Shown here piece after piece: positions 58,130 to 64,000 of a DNA stretch of 64,000 nt; within the stretch, counting starts at the first letter, position 1; each line of letters starts with the position of its first letter. A program made the translations under genes and the position numbers. The notes under the pieces were generated by a model that worked only from the letters and a program-made list of their open reading frames with translations, searched no databases and was not told where the DNA came from. This DNA is from Pseudomonas phage KPP25, in the sequence record AB910393.1, one strand, 5' to 3'.

Positions 58130-58440
58130 ATTAATTGCAACGATGTTACGAAATTTTCGGAACGGGCCAAAATTTCGTAACACGCTGGAGCCTTAGTGCC
58201 ACGGGGCTTACAGCGATTTCTGTTACGATGTTACGATTCTTACTACTTTATTCCACTACAGAAAAAATAAAATAAATATATAAAGAATATAGATACTTAG
58301 GGCCGCCGGGGGTACAGGGTAGTATGTACGTGCTCCAGCTCCGAAAAGTTTTTTCGTGACATTCGTGACATTCGTGACAGCTTAGTGCCACGCGGCCTCC
58401 AGCTGACCCAGGCTGTCACGATGTTACGATCTTGGCCCTG
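58130..58440. repeat. element B: second AT-rich, repeat-dense element, homologous to element A
   Basis: Hairpin 58144..58182 (14-bp stem identical in sequence to A's stem, different 11-nt loop). Tandem GTTACGAT pair. AT-rich core 58245..58310. TTCGTGACA x3 at 58354..58380. The ~30-bp motif occurs inverted relative to element A. Confidence 0.85.
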
Positions 58441-58520
58441 TTCGACCTCCCTTGTTGAGAACGTTTCTCAAAATATCGATTATGGTTAAATGCGCCAGGG
58501 CGATATTTCCGCCCTGGAAC

Positions 58521-61500
58521 CTATCGATCAATCCAATCTTTCCACAGCGCGTTACCCGGAAGAGCGCTCAGCGCGGCCCCCGTCACGTCCCCGTCCATCG
58601 TCTTCTCCCCGGCCTTGAGCATGTAGCTGAAGGTCGGGCCGAGGGTGAACGCCGGGCTTTCGATACCATCGGTGGCGAACTGGCGCACGCCGAGCAGGCC
58701 GGCGCGTTCCACACCCCTCCAGATCAGGTCACCCGCGTCCTGGCTCTTGTACCAGTCGGGTTCATCGCCCGCGCCCTGGAGCATCGCCTTGAGGAAATCG
58801 GCGGCGATCATGAACGGCACGTACGCGGCCAGGGTCAGCATCGGCGCATAGTTCCCGTTCCGCAGTTCGTGCGTGGCGCGGTCGAGGATGGTCCGCTGGA
58901 AGCTGTAGGTGAACTGCTTGAGGTGCCACACGAGCATCCAGTGCGGGTCGCTGGCCCAGGCTGGGCGGTCTGCCGCGTGCGGGCGCAGGACTGCGCCGTC
59001 TACCCAGCGGCCGATGGCTTCGCGCACCAGACGGCTTTTCTCGATGGCGTCCTTCGGGTTCATGCCCTGGGCGATGAAGTCCTGCGCACGGAACAGCAAG
59101 CGGCCGTCCGCGTCGGTCTGCACATCCTTGGCGGTGATGCCAAGCTCGTCGAGGTAGCGTGTGCTGTGCTGGTTGACGCCCGCGGCGTGGCGAATGATGA
59201 ACTTCTCGGCGGCGACGGTGGCCGCCGAGCGCATGGCCGTATTCCAACCTTCCATCAGGTTGTACTTGAACAGCAGGTTGTTGGTCTTGCGCGCCCAGTC
59301 CGACATGTAGTTGGAGCCGTACATGTCACCCAGCAGGTCGAGCACGAACGACTCTTCCACGGTGCCGACATCCTCAGCGAAGCGCTGGATGTCGAGCTTG
59401 TTGCCGTTGCGCCGCAGGCTCTGCGGGATGTTCCGTACGCCGGCTTTGAAGGCGGTCCAGGCATCGCTCACTTCCCCGCCGCGTACGACGATGCCCAGCG
59501 GGTCGATAAGGGAGCTGAAGATCGACAGCGGCAGCACGACGAGGTTCTGCCAAGTGATCAGGCCGGACATGGCGCTGCGCAGGTGCGGGTCGATGTTGCT
59601 TCCGAGCGTGCCTTCGAGCGCACGGATAGCCGGCGCTACATCCCGTTCGATCTGCTCGTCCGTCAGGCCGTACCGCTTGGCTTCTTGCAGCTGATCCTTC
59701 AGGCGTTCACCGTTCCGCCCGAAGTGCTTCGTGTACTCCCCGCGCTTCGCAGCCTGGGTGACGTAGCGGGTCAGCACACGGACGATATCCGGGTCCATGT
59801 ACTGTGCGACGGCTGCACGATCCTTCAGTCGGATCTTCCGTTCGTTGACCGCCTGCATGTACGGGGAGTAGCCGGCCAAGTCTTCACTCAGCGCCAGTTG
59901 CCCCTCGGTGGTGGTCAACGTCTCGGCCACGGAGGAAGCGATGTCGGGCGTCATGTCGATCCAGTTCCCGTTGTCGTCACGTACCTGCCCGACCTGCACC
60001 AACGCATCGACGAAGTTATCGAAGTCGGCGTCGATCGCCTCCCGACTCCACGCCTGCGGGAAGTAGTCCTGAACGTTCGCCACATCGACGTTGGACACCT
60101 TCATGTAGTTGAAGATGCGACGGAGCAACGACTTGGTGTCGTCGTACTTCTGCGCCATGGTCGGATCGGTCGGGCGCACGTTCCTGTGCAGCGCCGCGGA
60201 CAGATCCGCCAGTTGCTGCTCGTCCATGGTCTTGATGATGTTGGCCAGCTGCGTACCGAACAGGTTCGTCACTTCCCGCACGGTCTGGATGTACCCGGCG
60301 CGTTGGCCCTGGGTATCGCTGCGCGCGTAGAACTGGTCAGCGATCTTGCTCAACGCCGGGTTACCGTAGTTCTTCAACCGGCCGTGCGCGGTGCGCAGGA
60401 ACTTCCCGGTGAGCGTACTCACGCGGTCAGCCACTCGACTGCTTACCAGGGCGCGCTCCGGGCCGGACAGGGACTGCATCACCACGCGGTTGACAGCGCT
60501 CGGCCGGCGCAGCTTCCCATCCTTGAATGCCTGGAGGTACAGCTCGGCTTTCTGCTCGTTGTTCAGGATCGACAAGGTGCCGCGAATCCACCCAGCGAAC
60601 CGGGACATCCACGTCTGCGGCTGCGCCTGGATGTCGAGCATGCCACTGGCCCACAACTCGTACATGTAGGCGATGCGTTCCTCCGGGTCGCTGAGCTGTT
60701 CGAGCGCGGCCGGTTCGTTGGCCAGCAGGGAGCGCATCTTGCCGAGCACCACCGGGTTACTCGCTGCGCGGTCCAGCGCCTTGATGAACTGGCTTTGTTG
60801 CTTCTGCCCGCGAAGGACGGAAATCAACGCGTGCATGGATTCATGGAACGCCGTGGACATCGGGCTGGCGGCGTTGACCGCTACCTTGATGAACCGCTGC
60901 ATGGTCGGATTCCCGTTGATGTCCGGGCGGGTAGGGTCCAGTTTCTCGGTGAACATACCGCTGATGCCCGGCAGCTTCTCGATGCTGAACATGACATCGC
61001 TCGGCAGCACGCGGGTGATGTAGTCGTTCAGGTCTTTGGCTTGCTGCTGGCTCATTTGGCTCGCACCCTGCGGCCGAGCACTCTGCTGGGAAGTCTCGCT
61101 GAGGTACTGCTGGTGGTACGCCTCCAGCGCGTCGATGTTGTCGGACAGGTACGTCACCGATCGACCAGCCAGCCCGGCTTCGAAGAACGCGTCGTCGGCG
61201 ATGAACGACAAGCGCCCCAGGCGCAGAAGACGCTCAGTCGCTGCCGGGTCAGCCCATTGTGCCGACAGCTGCTTGTCGATCCCTGCGCCGAGGATGTCCC
61301 GCGCGCGCTGAACACCCTGGCGGGTGTCGAGGCTCCGGCGGGCTTCCCGGTTCGCCGCCGGGTTCATGGACTCCCGGCGGTTGTGCAGGTCTTCGCGCGT
61401 GGCGCGGTCGAAGGCACGGGCCAGATCACCAGCGATCTTTGCCTGCGCCGGCACGGTGATGTCGAGCACGGGCACGCCGATCCGGCGAGCCAGCATGACG

Positions 61501-64000
61501 GCGGGGGTACTGGCACCGGCGGTGATCACCACATCCACGGGGTCGGTTCCGGTCGGCCCCAAGATCCGCGCGTATGCGCTCTTGCTGTACGGGCCGGTAT
61601 CCTGATCCACGTCGAGTCTGGTCCCGCTGATGGTGAACCCCCGGCGCGTGTAGGCGTTCATCAGGTTCGTGGCGTCGCGGCTGCGAAGCACCTCACTACG
61701 GTTCAAGGCGAAAGCGACCTTCAACGGCGTGCCGTTCATGGCTGCGGCCATCGGCGCGGCCCAGGCACCCGGTACGTTCGTCTGCGTGGTGTTCATCCAC
61801 GACCGCTGCTGCACGCTGGCGGCGACGTTGTTCATGTGCGCGCCGAAGTCCAGCGGGGAAGGTCCGGGCCGGCGGCGGCCTATCGGCGTCGGTTCGTTCC
61901 GCGCGGCCGCACCTTCCTGCCCGGTGGCGGCTTCGATGGTCTGCGCCTGCATGCGCTCCGGGTCGAGTTCCTGCATGCCCTGCTGGGCGGCGAAATCTTC
62001 GAGGTTCCGGCGTTGCAGCTGCTCGTCGGTGCCGGTGTTGTCCACCGGAGCAGGCCGGCGGTCGAGCTGGCGCTGCCAGAAGTCGCGCACGGACGGGTCT
62101 TGGGCCTGGGCAGCGCCCTGGGCCAGCAGGCGCAGACTTTCGCGCATGGGGCCGCGGTCGGCAACGGTCCTGGCCAGGGTGTCGATGGGGCTGCCGGGGG
62201 TGCGCAGGGAGCCTAAATCCATGGCCGGAGGCAGTGGTTCGCTGGTCAGGGTGGCGGTATTACCCTCCAGAGCCACGCCACGGGGGCTGGCAGCGCGCAG
62301 GAGACGCGCTGCGGCCTCTGGAATGGTAGCGGTGCCCCCTCGCCGCTGAAGCGCTCCCAGGAGCGTCTGGACGGCGTATTCGTCGATCAGGCGCTCAACG
62401 TCCGCCTGTCGTGCATATTGCACGGTTCGCTCCGGGTTTTCGTACGTTTGTACCAAGTCTTGGAGCGCTTCGGCGGTCGGGCTATCCAGGCCGATGGCAT
62501 CACGAGGCAGGCCGGCGCGCGGCTGGTCTGCTCCCTGGCGCAGGTCCGCCACGGTGACTGCTACCTCGCCGCTCCCGTCCTTGTACCGGGCCACTACGGC
62601 GGTATCCGGTAGCTGGAACTGGTAGCCGGCGTCAGCCAGGGTGCCCAGGCCATCGGACAGGGCGTCACGCAGCGCCTGGGCGTCACGACGACCGAATACC
62701 TGCGCGCCTACCAGACGGCGCAGGTCCACGGCTACGTTCGTGCCCTCCGGCGTCGTGGCAGCGATGTAGCTGCCGGCGGACGGGTTGTTCGGCTCTTGGT
62801 TCAGCCGCTCAACGGTAGAACGACGAAGCTGCCGTACGCTGCGAAGGGCTTGTGCTGCACCCGTAGCGTCGGGTCGGACTGCCCGAACAAGGACCGAACT
62901 TGCCAGGGCGTCAGGCGACAGCCCAAGTTCTGCCGCAACGTCTGCGGGATCGACACCGAGTTCGCGCAAGGCTCGTTCAGCGGGCACGCGCTCGATAGAC
63001 CCGTCCGGGTTCGCTCTTCGAGCTGCTTCTTCGGCACGCTGAAGTCGTTGCGTATCGGCACGGGCGATTGGGGCGGGGATACCGAGGCCGCCAGTTTGAA
63101 TCCGGCGGTTTCCGGTGGTATCGCCGAACCAGTTCTCGGCGGCGGACTCGACGGTTCGAGCTTGGTCGAACTCCCCGCCGTCAAGTTCATCGTCAAGAGC
63201 GCCAGCAGATTGGGGGGCATCGGATACCTCGCTTGTGCTACGGCTGGGGGACTCACCGCGCAGGCTGGCGTCCAGGCCGTCGAGCACCTGCTGCGGATTG
63301 GCGAAGGCGCGTTCGAGGAACGGTTGCAGCTCGCCGGTGCCGGTGGTGAGTTCGACACGCAACGCATTCGACAGCTGACGGAGATCCTGCGGTCGCATGG
63401 TGTCGCGGTACTCAGGGCGCAGGCTTTGGAGCAGGAATTGATCGAAGTCACCACGACGTTGCTGATCTTGCCGGATGGCACGCGCGGCGGCTTCATTCGG
63501 TTCCAGTGCGTTCAGGACCGAGTACGCACGCTCGCCGAACACGTCCAGCGCACCGTCGATGGTGTTCTCGTCAATCTGCCCGTTCCGCACGCGGTCAGCC
63601 AGCACGTCAAGGTACTGCCGAACTGCCGGATGGCTTGCTTCCTGGCCCTCTAGGATGCGATCGACCTGCTCGAACCCGGCTACCGGCGCGCGGCGGCTCG
63701 CACGCACACCTTCGGGCTGCATGCGGTTCAACTCACGAAGCGCGGCGTCACGAGATTGCATCGTGTCGGACAGCTGCGCGACGCGCTCCTGGGCGATGGG
63801 ATCGAGGTCCAGCACGGTATCGGCCAGTTCTTGCCGCGTAGCATCGTCGAGGTCCGTGCGGTTCAGCAGGGACTGGCGTTCCAGTTCGAGCTGCTGGCTG
63901 CGCAGCGCGTCGCGTACCAAGCTCTGCTCAACTTGCTGGGCAACCGGCAAGCTGGGATCGATGGTGTCCGGCGCACGTGCAGCACGTGCATCGAGCCTGG
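58521..64000 (-). CDS. giant virion/ejection protein, C-terminal ~1720 codons with an HExxH (zincin-like) motif; the N-terminus continues at 1..1157
   Basis: The ORF runs off the window end in frame. The first in-window start codon is TTG at 63950, which is not the true start. HESMH is encoded at 60831..60845. Confidence 0.8.
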   Translation of the reverse strand, partial: RLDARAARAPDTIDPSLPVAQQVEQSLVRDALRSQQLELERQSLLNRTDLDDATRQELADTVLDLDPIAQERVAQLSDTMQSRDAALRELNRMQPEGVRASRRAPVAGFEQVDRILEGQEASHPAVRQYLDVLADRVRNGQIDENTIDGALDVFGERAYSVLNALEPNEAAARAIRQDQQRRGDFDQFLLQSLRPEYRDTMRPQDLRQLSNALRVELTTGTGELQPFLERAFANPQQVLDGLDASLRGESPSRSTSEVSDAPQSAGALDDELDGGEFDQARTVESAAENWFGDTTGNRRIQTGGLGIPAPIARADTQRLQRAEEAARRANPDGSIERVPAERALRELGVDPADVAAELGLSPDALASSVLVRAVRPDATGAAQALRSVRQLRRSTVERLNQEPNNPSAGSYIAATTPEGTNVAVDLRRLVGAQVFGRRDAQALRDALSDGLGTLADAGYQFQLPDTAVVARYKDGSGEVAVTVADLRQGADQPRAGLPRDAIGLDSPTAEALQDLVQTYENPERTVQYARQADVERLIDEYAVQTLLGALQRRGGTATIPEAAARLLRAASPRGVALEGNTATLTSEPLPPAMDLGSLRTPGSPIDTLARTVADRGPMRESLRLLAQGAAQAQDPSVRDFWQRQLDRRPAPVDNTGTDEQLQRRNLEDFAAQQGMQELDPERMQAQTIEAATGQEGAAARNEPTPIGRRRPGPSPLDFGAHMNNVAASVQQRSWMNTTQTNVPGAWAAPMAAAMNGTPLKVAFALNRSEVLRSRDATNLMNAYTRRGFTISGTRLDVDQDTGPYSKSAYARILGPTGTDPVDVVITAGASTPAVMLARRIGVPVLDITVPAQAKIAGDLARAFDRATREDLHNRRESMNPAANREARRSLDTRQGVQRARDILGAGIDKQLSAQWADPAATERLLRLGRLSFIADDAFFEAGLAGRSVTYLSDNIDALEAYHQQYLSETSQQSARPQGASQMSQQQAKDLNDYITRVLPSDVMFSIEKLPGISGMFTEKLDPTRPDINGNPTMQRFIKVAVNAASPMSTAFHESMHALISVLRGQKQQSQFIKALDRAASNPVVLGKMRSLLANEPAALEQLSDPEERIAYMYELWASGMLDIQAQPQTWMSRFAGWIRGTLSILNNEQKAELYLQAFKDGKLRRPSAVNRVVMQSLSGPERALVSSRVADRVSTLTGKFLRTAHGRLKNYGNPALSKIADQFYARSDTQGQRAGYIQTVREVTNLFGTQLANIIKTMDEQQLADLSAALHRNVRPTDPTMAQKYDDTKSLLRRIFNYMKVSNVDVANVQDYFPQAWSREAIDADFDNFVDALVQVGQVRDDNGNWIDMTPDIASSVAETLTTTEGQLALSEDLAGYSPYMQAVNERKIRLKDRAAVAQYMDPDIVRVLTRYVTQAAKRGEYTKHFGRNGERLKDQLQEAKRYGLTDEQIERDVAPAIRALEGTLGSNIDPHLRSAMSGLITWQNLVVLPLSIFSSLIDPLGIVVRGGEVSDAWTAFKAGVRNIPQSLRRNGNKLDIQRFAEDVGTVEESFVLDLLGDMYGSNYMSDWARKTNNLLFKYNLMEGWNTAMRSAATVAAEKFIIRHAAGVNQHSTRYLDELGITAKDVQTDADGRLLFRAQDFIAQGMNPKDAIEKSRLVREAIGRWVDGAVLRPHAADRPAWASDPHWMLVWHLKQFTYSFQRTILDRATHELRNGNYAPMLTLAAYVPFMIAADFLKAMLQGAGDEPDWYKSQDAGDLIWRGVERAGLLGVRQFATDGIESPAFTLGPTFSYMLKAGEKTMDGDVTGAALSALPGNALWKDWIDR
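63688..64000. repeat. 313-bp duplicate of window positions 1..313 (genome wrap/terminal overlap) with one mismatch
   Basis: Aligned directly: identical except 63931 a versus 244 g. Confidence 0.9.

Noticed and set aside
58521-64000. Giant protein as an N4-like virion RNA polymerase.
   Set aside because: At ~2100 aa it is far smaller than N4-like vRNAPs (~3500 aa). No T7-like RNAP motifs (DxxGR, motif C HDS) were found by eye. It has an HExxH motif instead.

Overview
This window is one complete, wrapped genome of a high-GC tailed dsDNA phage of about 63.7 kb. Positions 1..313 repeat 63688..64000 with a single mismatch (244 vs 63931), so the window wraps past the genome junction by 313 bp. No rRNA or tRNA genes, CRISPR array or integrase were found, and no phage RNA polymerase or tail tape-measure gene is apparent.

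The genome has two arms. The plus-strand arm (about 23970..54321) carries roughly 60 mostly small early and replication genes. The recognisable ones are a primase-polymerase/SF3 helicase, an SNF2-type helicase, a family-A DNA polymerase, a Cas4-like PD-(D/E)xK nuclease, a DnaQ-like 3'-5' exonuclease, a free-standing HNH endonuclease, a classical AAA+ ATPase, a long pentapeptide-repeat protein and a (PAQ)n-repeat winged-helix protein.

The minus-strand arm runs from 23642 down through the wrap to 54482 and encodes the late genes: terS, terL, portal, scaffold, major capsid protein and three small head proteins. A lysis cassette (two holin-like proteins, overlapped i-/o-spanins, GH19 endolysin) is embedded in it. 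It continues with tail and virion proteins, including a BNR/Asp-box glycosidase-like protein and a Gly/Ala-rich internal protein. A giant virion protein gene of about 2107 aa carries an HExxH motif and spans the wrap. After it comes a tail-fibre module (collagen-like fibre, DUF2190-like protein, knob-type fibre, small assembly-like ORFs). The arms diverge at 23643..23969 and converge at 54322..54481, where there are tandem terminators.

The most unusual feature is a pair of homologous AT-rich, repeat-dense non-coding elements (26270..26735 and 58130..58440) almost exactly half a genome apart. They share a long hairpin with a conserved stem and divergent loop, GTTACGA and TCGTGACA iteron-like repeats, and a motif of about 30 bp. 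That motif always points toward the downstream operon; in element A it is present as three tandem 45-bp direct repeats. These are candidate origin and/or promoter clusters.

Many long plus-strand ORFs that lie antisense to the late genes are GC-frame shadows and were not called.
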